The position numbers were made by a program, and so were the translations under genes. A DNA stretch of 64,000 nucleotides, from assembly GCF_036321535.1 (NCBI RefSeq), contig NC_087437.1, positions 90,398,001 to 90,462,000 of the forward strand. Reading direction: 5' to 3'. The notes below the pieces were generated by a model. The model worked only from the letters and a program-made list of their open reading frames with translations. It did not search any database and was not told where the DNA came from. Below are positions 1-13,200 of this stretch, in pieces (position 1 is the first letter of the stretch; every line of letters starts with the position of its first letter). The DNA comes from Camelus dromedarius (Eukaryota).

Positions 1-323
1 TACTGAAAATTCATCAAGAAGAAATGTTGCACTTATCATAGGCTTTAGACAAGAAGTCATATAAACTTGAGAGTAGGTTTCTCATATTTTATTATTCCTC
101 TCTACTTCCAGCTATCACCAAAATACAAAAATGTTTTTCAGCACAGGGTGCATCATTTGCATGATTTTAAGTGTGGCTACCTTATAAAACTACAAACAAA
201 AGAGCACAAGGGATTCCATTTAATATAGATTAAAACAAAATTAAATATAGATTAAAATAAAAATTAAAACAAAAAATTTATTTCAAACATTAAAATGATC
301 AATTTAATCAAAGTCAGGCCAGA

Positions 324-470
324 GGGGAGGATATAACTTAGTGGTAAAGCACATGCTTAACATCCACAAGGTCCTGGGTTCCATCCCCAGTACCTCCTCT
401 AAAAATAAATAAATAAACCTAATACCTCCCCTCGCCAAAAATAATTAATTAATTAATTAATTAATTAATT
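324..470 (+). mobile_element. tRNA-derived SINE, camelid Vic-1-like, long form with (TAAT)n tail
   Basis: GGGGAGG start, A-box-like TAACTTAGTGGT, B-box-like GGTTCCATCCC, 3' AAATAAACCTAATACCTCCCC extension. Flanked by a 14-bp TSD with one mismatch: aaagtcaggccaga (310-323) and aaagtcaggctaga (471-484). Confidence 0.9.
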
Positions 471-3400
471 AAAGTCAGGCTAGATTTTGAAAATCTAGTC
501 ACATATACAACTATTTACTCAATTACCACACGTTTCCTAGGCTGAAGAGACACTTAACATTTTTTGAATTGATGTTTAAAGATTGTTCTCCTTACTCATT
601 AGATGAAACTCAGTGGCTGAAGCAAAAAGATATCTTCAAATAAAAAAATTAGAAATGCATTACAATGCAATTTACAAGATAAATACTGACGTGAAATATT
701 TCATATTGTTTAGATATTTCTGAAACAATTTTTAAAAGAACTTTCAGCAAATATTTCTCTACTTAAATTGATCAAAACTTAAAAAAAGTAGAAAACTAGT
801 TGCAGCAGTTTATAATATATTTTAATACATAAATTAAAAAGCAATTTAATGTTTATATTTTAAAACAGTATGGAATTTGAAGTTATATTTTACATTCAAT
901 ACATGCAGACTACTGAGAACTATTTTTCCTGTGCATTCTACACTTAAACAAGCACTCCAGCTTAATCAACTCCTGGTAATCCCCACCCACCCTGCTATGA
1001 GTCTTAAACTCTCTGGCTGGAGAGCATAGAATTTTGTTGAGTTGAAGGAGATACCGGAGAAATCAAACAGGCTAATAGGCTAACAAAAATTATTTTTAAT
1101 CTTTTTTTTTATTAGTGCATAGAAAAAGTCCACTATCAATTTATGACACTATTATTCCCAAGTAAAGCAAAAACAAAGACAAACCAAAACAAAAACTAAG
1201 AAATGCTTCCATAAGAATTCACTTCTCTAAATGACCATTGTCAATTTCAATATTTCATTGTAATTATCATATCTAATAATGCATAATTATCAGATTGAGA
1301 AACAAGTTTGACGAACATACTTACATAGGCATCTTACAACAAGCTCACATAAGATGAACATATCCATTGTGACTATTTTTAATATTCACATAGATTACTT
1401 GTCATAATAAAAATTAAAATTAAGTTTTCAAATCAAGCCAAAAAAGACTTACATAAATTCATATACCCAAAATATGAGAGCTATTTTATATACAAACCTA
1501 CCTGATACACATTTCTCTCATATTCAATTTAAATATCAACTCAATATATGCCTGAAAAAAATTGGGGTATGAACTAAAAGAAGGTTAAAATATTAGCACT
1601 TAGCAATGCTGAGCCAGTTCACTGGACTAAAACACACTGATAAACAACAGTTACATGGAAATCCAGAGAAACTCCTTGTTTTAGCCAATAGAGACGTGGG
1701 AGAAAAAAGAAATTCAATTTGTTTGGCACATCAACATTTCAAAGCAGAAAAAGGAACATTTTTCAGTATATGAAGATAAACATAGTACAAACAGAAAAGA
1801 ACTGTGGGCAAGAACACCTCATGCTGTCCTATTTTACTCTGTTTTCTTTAGGGTATTAAAAATTCAAACCCCAAGCTTGTTTTCAGTACGGGCAGTCTGG
1901 AAGCCAAAAGTAAATAAATGTACCCTAATTAAGACAAAAAAATGTTCTAGTTAAAGGGTAGAAATACTACTGTTCATTCCTCAGCCCTGAAATATTATTT
2001 TCTATTTATTGAAATAGAAACCCCTCTGACTTGGTCTAATCCTCTGATATAAGTTTAATTATAATCTATTGAAAATTATTTATGTGAGTCAAAAGTTCAG
2101 TTGATAATGAACTTCTGGACTAAACTGCTGAAGTTGGACACAATCTGGTGGAAAACAGGCACTGGGGAAAGAATTTAAATGACTTGGATGTGAGGAATGA
2201 AGTATTGTATCAAGTTCTTAAATAGTCAAATTACTTCATTGCAGTTCTGTTGCAAAATATTCAAGAGAGAAAAATGGGACAATTTTCTAGGGAATCAAGA
2301 CTGGAGGAGATAATTTAATGCCAAAATGTACTGAACCATTATTCTTTAAAATAAAAAAAAAAATCATCCTTGGAGCATTAACCACATTTTTAAAGTCCAA
2401 AATTCTACATCATCATCAGATTTGTTTAGAATACAGACAACCTCCATGAGATCAATAGATCAGATTAGGCAGAGGACTGTTTAACTATGGCTCAGTAAAG
2501 TTTCAATTAATAATAATTAAATGTAATTAGGCAGAAAATATTCAGCTTTAAGACCAATGCTTCACATAGTCTACAGCGCTATATTATAAATCATCATTTA
2601 AAGTCAACAAATTCCCATCTATTAATAAGTTTCATTAATTGTCTTATACATCTCCCATGCTTACAAAATACTTCTGATAATGATTACTCTAGGATAAAAA
2701 TGCTATGGAAGCACACATTTAATACAAGTTGATAATATCAATTAAAAACTTTCTAATCATGCAATTGTCAATAGAGAGAATAATTATGTCAGTTGCATCA
2801 CTTAATAAACCAATAGGGGTAGAATAATGCAGTACTATTTTCCTTTATAAAAAAGATTTTTATGTCAAATCAGTATGTCTTTTTTTGTTTCATACTGCAT
2901 GCTTGTCATGCAATTGTAAGCTTATTCAGTTCTGACTATGTGGGCCTTAACTATAATCTTGAAATTCCTTTTTCCCTCTTTCTGTTTATTTGATCCTGAT
3001 AAGACCTGCACCCAGTTATTTTCAGGAGCCTATTTCCCAATTATGATCAATTATTCTGCTCTTACTTTTCCAACTTTGAAGGTATTACCATATGTGCCAA
3101 AACAAATAAATAATGGTTTCAGATAAACTTCATTAATGATATCATAAAAAGTAGTTTTTCAGATTCTTGCAAGCCTTGCATACTTTTAAATTTTGCTAAA
3201 CAGTATGTTTAACAGATTATCACACCAAAATGCAGTTGGTGTTCACCCACAGATTTTAAATGTATACAGTTGGTATTGTAAAAATTTCTTAATTAAAAAT
3301 TTGTAAATATTTTCTCTTGTAGATACATGTGTCTCAGCTGGTTTTAGGACTTGAGCCATTACACTGCATGTGAGGAAAGCGTCAGGAAGCAATATAAATT

Positions 3401-3569
3401 CAGTAGCTGGTCCAAGAAGTAGAATTAATCAAATTGAAAAAGTATGTAAAATTTATGGACAAAGATGTCAGAATGGAACAGTAGATAGCAATATTTTCAC
3501 TCAGGAGTAGACAGAAAATTATGTTTATTCTATTGGTCCTCAGTCTTCTGATTTGCTATAAAATAACTA

Positions 3570-3800
3570 TCATTTAATAAACAAATATTTACAGAATACC
3601 ATGATGTACAGTGGAGATGTAAAAGGAATGAGAAAGAGTCTGCAGTCAAACAGGCATCAACAGTCAATAAAAATATTAAGTGCTATTGTAGAAATATGTA
3701 GAAACTGGTAAGAAAACTTTGAAAAAATGAAAGAGCTTAGCACTATTTGTATTCAGGCTTCTGTATAGAATATGCAAGTATATGAGGAGGTGATGCTATG
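3570..3800 (-). mobile_element. Degraded L2 3'-end fragment
   Basis: catttaataaacaaatatttacagaatacc and aagtgctattgtagaaatatg resemble the antisense L2 3' end. Boundaries approximate. Confidence 0.4.
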
Positions 3801-5814
3801 CAGAGGTATAAAATTTTTTCCTCTGAAAATAATGAATAACTCTGTATGAACGTGTGTGCACTCAACAAATGCTCACAAAAATATGTGAAACTGCTAAAAA
3901 AAAATGTGAAGCTTCTCAATTACCCAGAGAGATATAAAAATGACTTATCCAAAAAAAATTTATCCCAAGTTAACAGCGATGGACCAGAATTATATCTCCC
4001 AAACTAAGACTACTTTATAATATTTGCTTTCTTTATCAAGATAGAAATCCAAAATGAACTAATAAGGGCAAAAAGAAACTACCATTCCCAGCTCCATAGT
4101 CTCTGTGTATTGCTGAGCCTAGAAGATTAATAACTAATATTTAGAAACCTCACAAGTCTTTCCTGTTTGAAGTAAAATATGTATTTGCTTACAATGATAT
4201 ATAGAATAACTTATGGTATGATTGTTAAATAAGATTTGTTTACATGAAGACAAATATATGCAGATAGAAATAGAAAAAAATACATAATTAATCAGAAATT
4301 TTTCTTATCCTATACCAACTCTATAAATATCTAGAAACATGTGGAAGTCCAGCATCATGTAGCTAAAACCCTTGAGATGGTCAGTAAACTACTCACTGAC
4401 CTTGCTGTTAACTGAGATTCATGGATGCAAGGATCATCTTTTAGATCTTACAAAAAGGATTACCTTTTTCTGCTGTCATCAGAAGTTTTTGACCTTTCTG
4501 TTTCTTCCCCCAAGAAACTGCTCTAGAATTCCAATTTTATCTTTATATTTTTAGTGTTCAAGCCACAAAACTCCTTTTGTTTTTTTTTTTTAAATGAAAG
4601 CATCATCCCTCTTCTGGTTTGCAACATTTTATAGTTTTGTGATTCTGAGAAAACTGGACGCAAACATTTACTGTCCTCAAATGCAAACTAAAATTTGCTT
4701 AAAAAGCAAATACCCACACCAGATAAAAAGTGCTAATAAAGATCTGACTTTGGATAAAATGCAGATTAAATGTATTTTTAATAAAGCTTATCATTTTATG
4801 TTTCAGTATTTGATTAGGGAAAATAAATGTAGATTTTATTCAAAAATAAATATTTAATGGACTGTACCAAACAGCAAATGCCTTATCTTCTTTTCTGGAG
4901 AGACTTGGGTGGCAGGGATGAGGGATGGGAGAGGCATGGAACTAATTCTATGAGCCTTTCTTTTGATTTTCTTTGGGACTTTTCATCAGTTTGTGTTGAA
5001 ATATAGGATATATTTTCCTAGCTGGAGAAAATAATACACATTAAAAACATTTTAACTTTTTTTTTTCCTCTGTGAACTACTTCTGGGATCGAAGGCCCAT
5101 TTTTGAGAATTTTTAATTCTGGTATCCCATCTTACTATGTTTCTTATTTGGTACTGTGCTAGAATTTTTTCCTCTTTAATTTAAAACTTAGAAAGTTTCA
5201 TTAAAATTTGGTAAAAGATATCAGAGCCTTCTTTTTAAGTATTCTGTGTGAAAGGAAAACATTTTGCCCTTGGACATCCTCTTGATTTATCAAAAAGCAA
5301 AATCTAAGCCTAGACTGTCCCCACTATGATGATGTGCAGTTTTTAACCCTTGCTTGTGATCACCAAGCCCACCCTGATACTCTACCCATGAATAGTTTTA
5401 CTTTAAATCTTCCCAAGTGTTTGTGATGTGATGCCCATAGGCATACCGAAAACAAAGTGCAAGAAACAGAAGAAATGACTGGCACGATGTTGTTTGGGGG
5501 AATTAACTGCTGGTGCATCGGATACACGTGGGGGCCCACTTCAGTACATATTATGCTCGCTTTTATTAGTTTGTTTTAAGACTGCAACACATACAACATA
5601 CAGATATGAAGAGAGTTCTGGAGAGTACAAAGAAGGATGAAATTGTTCATGGAAGAAAAGAAACAAAGACTTATAAATAATAAAGTACTTGATAAATGAC
5701 ATCCAGCAAAGTAATATGTCGCCTCCACTACTAGAATTACTCCCCAAAAAGTTTTTGAAAATCTTTAGAAAGAACCAAAGGAAACCTAATATTGAAAGAT
5801 ATACCTAAAATATG

Positions 5815-6090
5815 GCATAGCTTAATCTGTTTAAATACAAGTCATATATATAATTTTAAATTTTCTAGTAGCCACATTTTAAAAATGAAAAAAAGATGAA
5901 CTTAACTTTCATTAACATATTTAACACAATTTATTAAAATATTATCATTTTACCATGCGATCAATACAAAAGTTATATATGAGATACTTTATAGTCATCA
6001 TATTTCATACTAAGTCATCAAGACCTCAGCTTAGACTAGCCACAGCTGAACTGGTTATGTGACTAGTGGCCTCGGTCGTCGGCAGTACTG
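5815..6090. mobile_element. MER33-like hAT-Charlie non-autonomous DNA transposon
   Basis: taattttaaattttctagtagccacatt, aaaatattatcatttt, catactaagtc, gactagccaca and gactagtggc are colinear with the recalled MER33 consensus. Confidence 0.8.
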
Positions 6091-7402
6091 GTTTAATGTG
6101 CTCTGTCCTGAAGTTCTTTTGTTTTTTTCCCTAAGCAAACTGTACAGAGGTGAGAGTTGGATACTGAACACCTTAACATTAGGGCATTTCATTGGTCTTA
6201 ACATGAAAAAGACTGTCCACTCTTTAAAAAACAAAAACAAACAAAAGTTTTCTACGGCTACAGGCAAATTTTAATGTATGCATTTCCAATATTCTAAGAA
6301 AAAAATAAAAAGAAATCAACTCTGGGGTACATAAAGAAAAACTTATAAGGATTCTTTTGCTGTGTAAATGGTTTTAAAAGCAAAAGCATGGATCATGCTA
6401 TTAGCATCGACTTGGAACTGAAGAAAAGCCTAAGGAAATCAGAAAGCGTATCAGCTCAGCAGACCAGTCACAGAAAGAGAGATGCCTTTCACATCATGCA
6501 GCTTATTTCAAACCGAGGACTGACAATCTGCAAGAGTTGAAAACAGCAGGGCATATAATAATTGGGTACTTCATTGCATGCTAATGACTCCGTCAGGATA
6601 TCAGTAAAAGTATTTAATGTGGGTAGAAATACAATCGATCATTATAGGTTTATTTTCTAATGGGCTATTTCTTTCCATAGGAACTTAAATTCAATGCTAA
6701 CAACATTTTCTGTTTCTATGGAATACATGTTGTGCCATTCTATGATTGTGAAGCACATATATTTGTGGAAGTTTCTGTTTGCATGCCTTTATTTTGCTTA
6801 CAAAATATTGTATCCACAATATTAAGAGTTTAAAAAAAAATAGACAAAGGAAAAAAGATTTAAAGGAGATTTTTAAAATGCAGCTTTTCTAAAGGTAGAA
6901 AAAAACATTTTGACCATTTTCTTATTGTTGGCTGAGTTCCCCAAAACTATACACCATGAAATACCCTGTAGGATATTTTTTAGAGTAGGATATTCTTAAC
7001 TGGATCTTCAGGAGCAAGAAAAGAATGTACCTGATTAAAAACTATCTCTCCAAATGGTGTGATCCTTTTATATTCAAGATCATATATGTAAAAGGAGAAA
7101 ATAACATATCAAAAGCAATTACACTGTCCATAATCCTTACCCAAGACTAGGTAAGAGATAGGAGAGGGCAAAGTAAGATTTCTTACATGGAATACATTTA
7201 TTATTAATGTTATATTTTTGATTGAAATTTAATGAGAAAATCTCTGATGGAAAGATAAAAGTGAAGGATGGAGATAACTTTTTCAGTCTTTGGCCAACCA
7301 TTTTTGCCACCCCAGTTTTATATTCTGGCCTTATCAAGGTCAAGACTTGACTGCTTATGTACCAAGTATATGACAAATAAGCTTTCATATCTGGATGACA
7401 GA

Positions 7403-7475
7403 CATATATATATATATTTATGTGTATATAGAATATATAAGTATCTATACAAATATATATAGAGATATATATATA
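7403..7475. repeat. (TA)-rich degenerate microsatellite
   Basis: Alternating TA runs visible directly. Explains the Y/I-rich ORFs at 7137-7515. Confidence 0.8.
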
Positions 7476-8359
7476 AATTTCGGAGATACAGAAACACACA
7501 GATGGCTATCATCAACCAAATACAGCATTCTCAAAGTTAAAAAAAATGGTATTTAAAACATGAAAACTACAACTTGGAAAATTTTTGCATAAACATCCTC
7601 CCAAAAAATTCTTTAGGACATATGCAGTTAGTTGGATTCCACTGAATAGCGTGTGAGGAAGGGTTAGGGAAGCTTTGTGTTTGCTGCCAACATTGCTACA
7701 CATCTCCCCGTAATCAAATATGCCTTTGTTCTTTCAGATTATGTTTTTCAGACTGTAATGTGAAGTGCCCTTGTTCAGGCTTTTACTAGAAAATTACTCA
7801 CTGCACCTGTGCAAAAAATCTCCTACCAATGTACCTTAAAGTCTACACATCTATAAGAAAATCTTGATTGTTATGTATTCAAGCACCCAGGCACCTAGTT
7901 ATCGAGTCATTTCTATGTCATAGGTCAAAGAAATGTGTTGAGTTTTAACAAAAGTTCAGTGATTTATGCCATTAACTGAGAGGAAAAATAACTATGAAGA
8001 GAAAAGGGCTTTGCATTTTTCAATCTGTAGTCACTGTTCTAAAGAAAGAGTGTGGCATTTGAGAACTGTGAAATAACTTTGTCCTTCATAAAGAGTCACA
8101 TTATGTCCATGTATTGCAAAATAATATATCCCGCTCATTGGGGTTCAGCAAAAAAATCACAACTATTCTGTAAAGCATGCATGCAGTTTAATTTATCTTG
8201 CAAAAATATGATGAGGTATTCAATAGGGCCCTAAGCCAAGTATATCTCAATCTGTTTAATATTATTATTTCTCTCTTTCCTCCTTATGATGCTTTTTCCC
8301 TGCCTTGGATTCTCAAGAGAGTAACCTGGTTTCAATATATTTATAAACATGAGATAGAT

Positions 8360-8481
8360 ACGGACCAGAAGACAGAAGACCTGGTTTTGATCTGACTATG
8401 TCATTTACTAATGGAGGAAACCTGAGCAAAAATTTTAACTTTTTTTTCTTTCCCTCCTGCATTAAATGTGGATTTTATATA

Positions 8482-8533
<52 letters not shown>

Positions 8534-8635
8534 TACACATATACATACATATATACATATACATACACACACACACACAAACTCTCAGAATTGTTGTGAG
8601 GTAAAATGAGGTGGTATTTATGAAAGTTCTTCTGT
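8360..8635 (+). mobile_element. MIR-family SINE interrupted by a microsatellite
   Basis: agacagaagacctggttttgatctgactatgtcatttacta precedes the microsatellite and ctctcagaattgttgtgaggtaaaatgag follows it, in MIR order. Confidence 0.6.
8476..8579. repeat. Compound (TA)n/(TACA)n/(CA)n microsatellite
   Basis: About 100 bp of TA repeats grading into CA repeats. Confidence 0.95.
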
Positions 8636-9017
8636 GACATTAAGTTTTTCTGCGATATTAATTCTCAAGAATCTATCACAACTGTTCTATCATCAAGCTG
8701 ACAAATACTTAGCAACAATATCTGGTAACTGGATTATTTTTTGCCACAAACTCAGGCTCCCTTTTGTCTTATTTTTTGAAACATTTGAAACACTCCTTGT
8801 TCATATCCAGACAGATCTGCATGACAGACAGTGGTACACACTCTGCTGTAATCATCCTCCTTGTAAGCATTTTTTTTTTGGTAAGCCCAGTAAAGAAACT
8901 GGACTCCATCTCCAAAGCCCAGAAGAGAACTATTAGAGAGACGCTAAGGGCCTGGAAAGAGGCTGTAATCAAGCTCTCCTTCACTCTACACCCAGAGTGG
9001 GGCATTACTTATCTTCC

Positions 9018-9391
9018 TGTCTTAGTCAGTTGGGATTGTTATTAAAAAAAAACAAAAAACAAAAACAAAAAACAAAACATAAATTGGGTGGATTATAAAC
9101 AACAGAAATTTCTCACAGTTCGGGGAGCTGGAAAGAAAAGATTCAGGCCCTGAAGATTCTGTGTCCTATAAGATCACAATTCCTCCATGACAGCCACTTT
9201 CTTACTGTAACATCACACAGTGGGAGGGCAAGGCAACTTTCTCAGGCCTCTTCTCTAAGGGCATTAATCTCACTCATGAGGGCCCCACTTGTATGACCTA
9301 ACCACTTCCCAAAGGCCCCTCCTTAATACCATCACTTTCAAGGTTAAGTGACACATGAATTTGGGGGCACACAGACATTCAGAATATAGCA
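9018..9391 (-). mobile_element. MaLR solo LTR (MLT1A-like)
   Basis: Begins tgtcttagtcagt, ends acattcagaatatagca. Internal taaacaacagaaatttctcacagtt, taagggcattaatctcactcatgaggg and ttcccaaaggccc..taataccatcac. Near-TSD cttcc (9013-9017) / catcc (9392-9396). Internal (AAAAAC)n expansion. Confidence 0.88.
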
Positions 9392-10150
9392 CATCCCAAA
9401 CACAAAAGGAACCATCGAGATAATTGAACTTGGAAAGGTACTTCACAAGTTTATTTTCTAAGTAGAAATTAAATTGTTATCCACAAAATGTAGAAAGAAA
9501 TTCTCCTCATATTTATATATATATTTTTATATGGCACCAGCTCAAATCAAAATGGAATCAGAGTGAAGGACATTACCACATATTCTGTTCCTATGAGGTC
9601 TATGAGGCTTCACAAAGGGTAACTCACTGTAGTTTTAGACATAAGTTAACTGGACCCAGGCAATTTCTGAAATTTGCCCATGTCTGGATAGTGGCTAAGT
9701 AACATGCTTGCATGTGTCTGACGTCAACAGTCACCAACCTAACAGAAGAGCAAATAATTTGCTATAAAATAAACCTAAAACAAAGTGCAATCCAATCAAC
9801 ATTATGAAGATTTTTCACCATTCTACATTATGAAGATTTCATACTGCATATCATATTTTTGATAAAAGCAAAGGTTCTGTAATGTATTCAAGATTACCAG
9901 AGGTACAGCAATATATAGATATGACTCTTAAAGTAAAGTGTAGGTGGTTACTCAGACTCCTTAAGCTCAGAAACCTTCCATTTTTCCACATTAGGAAATA
10001 TGTCTAATTTCTCTGTCCTATAAATAAAATACACAGTCCCAGATTTCATTTTAATCATTAGTTTTAATCTAAAAGGGAGAATGTGAAGAATATTTTAGAA
10101 ACATAAATATTATTTTCCATTTTTTCTGTTTGTTTTATGACAATAACCTA

Positions 10151-10293
10151 CTTTTCTTTTTCTTTTTCTTTTTTTTGGGGGTGTAGGTAATCAGACTTAC
10201 TAATTTGTTTCTTAACGGAGGTACTGGGGATTGAACCCAGGACCTCATGCATGCTAGACATGCACTCTACCACTGAGCTATAACCTCCTCCCC
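10151..10293 (-). mobile_element. tRNA-derived SINE, camelid Vic-1-like, long form
   Basis: Reverse strand reads GGGGAGGAGGTTATAGCTCAGTGGTAGAGTGCATG...GAGGTCCTGGGTTCAATCCCCAGTACCTCC plus A-rich tail. No clear TSD seen. Confidence 0.9.
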
Positions 10294-13200
10294 AAGATTT
10301 CTTAATATAGGACTGAAAAACCTGGAGAAAGAGGCACAGTACAAAGATAAGTTGATCTAAATTTAAATAGCAACATCAGAAGTGAACAAGTCAGGGTTCA
10401 TCTGAGAATGTTTTAAATCAAAATTATAAAATCAAAACTTTTCAAAAAAAATTTGCATGTGCCATTGGCATGAAAAGAGAACATAAATGATGATTATATT
10501 TCAAAAAAAATTTAATTATATCCAGGAAAAAAGAAAACCGAGGTAACATTAAATTTAATAAGATTTTTATTTTGATATTTCCACTGAAAATTCCAAACTT
10601 AGATGTTGTTATTCTGATTATAAGATGTATAATCTTTCTGATGTATATGACAATTGAAGCTATATGTTTGGTGTTGCCTGACTTGAAGATACTATTGAGC
10701 TTTTTTTGAATTCCTACTCCTCTTTTAGCACTTAAATCACTTTGACACATCAGCTAAACAGAAAGAATACGTATTCGCTAGGGTTTTGCCCAAGCATGAA
10801 TCCATGGTTTGCTAAAGTGACTATACAGTGAAATATTCACATGAAAGAGGAGTTAAGAGGCATGTCATAAAATTTCTAAAGGTAGCTATCTTCCTATCTA
10901 TCTGTAAGATTGTAATGATTAGTCTGACCAGCTATGGAACAGACTAGGGCGTGAGGAAGTTTGCGATCAAGTTAAGCGATGCATTTGACTTCACATTTCA
11001 TTTCCAGGTATTTAAAAATCCTTCCAAGATAACAAAAAAATGTCTGTTGCACATAAAATAGTGTAATATATGCCTGTTTTTAAAACTGCTTTATTTTATT
11101 GAAATACTCATTATAGATGTTTTTATATGTTTAAATTTCTACTATTTCTTAGAAATACCTAGATTTACAAAATACTAGTTATCATTGAGAATTTTTTTTT
11201 TCCTTTTGGAGGATAAAACTTAAAGAATACCTACAAAACTAATTTAAACTGAGCTTATTTGGATTTACTGTGTTTTCTTAGTTATTAATAGCACAAAATA
11301 ACCATTAAAAAGCAATCCAGTGTGGTAAAAGCAGACCACTTAGAATATTCCTTTTTTATAGAAGTGTTTTTTAACAGCAGTAATGCAAAATACTCTGTCA
11401 ACATTTCTCTGTTCCTTTTAGACACCCCAGAAGTGCAGACTACCTAAGTTTATTGCCCTATAGGAAGCGTGAAAATGAAAGAAAGCCTTTTGACAGGAAA
11501 GAAAAATAAGGCTGCAAATAGTATTAAGTGATGCCCTGTATGCACCTGAACATGCCCAAGGGGGGAAGTGGATATATCTTTCCCCAATAGATTGTAAAAA
11601 GCTCATTTCAAGAAGGAAAGAAATAATGGAACGTTGCAGAGAACGTCTATTCCTTAAGCTCTTCTGAATGTAAGTTATGAATGTAAAATTGGGAGACAGT
11701 TTCTGGGCTTTCTGCTGATAAGATATCTGCATATGAATGCTCTTTGTTTCAATGATTCCTGTAAAGCTTTACACTGATGATGTAATGCTACAAAAGTGTC
11801 CTTACCCCAGCTCTTTTTACATGACTATATGCAAACGTTATAAAAGATGCTATGTTAATCCAAAATTGAACATCTTTGTTTTGTTCTTCTTAGCTCTGAA
11901 AAGCTGGTGGATGATCCCAAATCACAATGGCAACCTTCTAGCTGTGGTAGGAAAGAACAGTTTATTTGTATTAATGCCATGGAGCTCAATATGATTTGTT
12001 TTCTGAGATATTCAAAAAACACAAAAGAATTGTTATTGGTTGACTACTAAATATGGATTTTCTGTTCTTTCCTTTCCTGCAAGACAAGTTTTAAAAATAG
12101 GATAATTTACAGAAGTCAGTGGCACAAAGAGCTAAAAATGCTTAGAGGATAGCTACCGGCATTTATTCCTTTACTAAATGGCTCTCTCTCAATAAGATCA
12201 CTGGCAGTGTTATTTTGAACCATATTTCCATACAGATTCTCTGTAAAATTTGATGCACATAAATCTGCATTAAAAAATTAAACATTGAAAACAGTCAATG
12301 GAGCAAAAGTTGTAAAGGTACTTTCTTTTTTTCTTGGTAGAGTTTGTGTGCACCAAACATGAAACCAAGGTTTGACACAGTAGTTAAAAACATATCATAT
12401 GTTATTAAATTAATTGTGCTTTACCAAAGAATGGTATTTCATTTATAATTTTGCTTACTTTTAACACTCATTAGATAAGAAGTCGCTTTTTTATTAACAC
12501 AACTATGACATGGCAATTGGCAAAAAAAATTATTACGTTATTTTATGTCAAAATTGAGTAAAATATTTAATCTCACACACTTTTATTTGAAGAATTCATT
12601 TTAAAATATGTTTATAATAAGTTTATATATATTTAGGTGAATTTAAAAAGACATAAAACCTAGTACATACTTATAAAATAAATCAATGGAGATTTTATAA
12701 TTTTGATTTACAAATATATAGTCATCATCTCAAAATGAATCACCTGTGATTGTTAGTGACAGTGCACATATAAAGTGACAATGACTAAACAATTTAGTAC
12801 TTGAACATAACAGTTATGGTTATGCTATATAAAACAAAATTTTAGAGCAAACAATATTGGTCTCCAAAGACAATTTTTAGCAGAGAAAAACTGATAGCAT
12901 ATCTCGTATCTCTTAACTATTAAATCCTTAGTCATCCTTTCCAATAAAAAAGTTTCCATTTATAATAAAACTCTTCATAATACTGGAATATTGCCAAGGA
13001 ACCTCAGCTAGTAATCACTGAACACATGGCAACAATTTTTAATTACTTTTGACCTTGATGAGATGCAATGATAACCTCTAGGTAAAGAGCTCTTGGATCT
13101 ATTAATGATCCTGAGGTGTCTTCTAGCATGCATAAACAGAACCAATATTTAAGAGGTTTAGATTTCATTTCCCAAGGAGTTTTCATTGGTCCATTTTAAA

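Noticed and set aside
324..400. tRNA gene-like A and B boxes (also at 10215-10293 and 62807-62880)
   Set aside because: These are SINE heads with A-rich tails, and two have TSDs. They are not intact tRNA genes.
7137..8640. ORFs of 60-120 aa rich in Y/I/H/V
   Set aside because: The frames stay open because they run through (TA)n/(CA)n microsatellites. No protein similarity recognised.
9799..9839. 15-bp direct repeat acattatgaagattt; similar micro-duplications near 222-257, 32760-32800, 39195-39235, 50247-50274 and 52141-52171
   Set aside because: Ordinary short slippage or repair duplications with nothing enclosed that looks like an insertion.
11807..11894. Minus-strand acceptor/donor pair
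   Set aside because: All three frames contain stops and the pyrimidine tract is short; no support for a coding exon.
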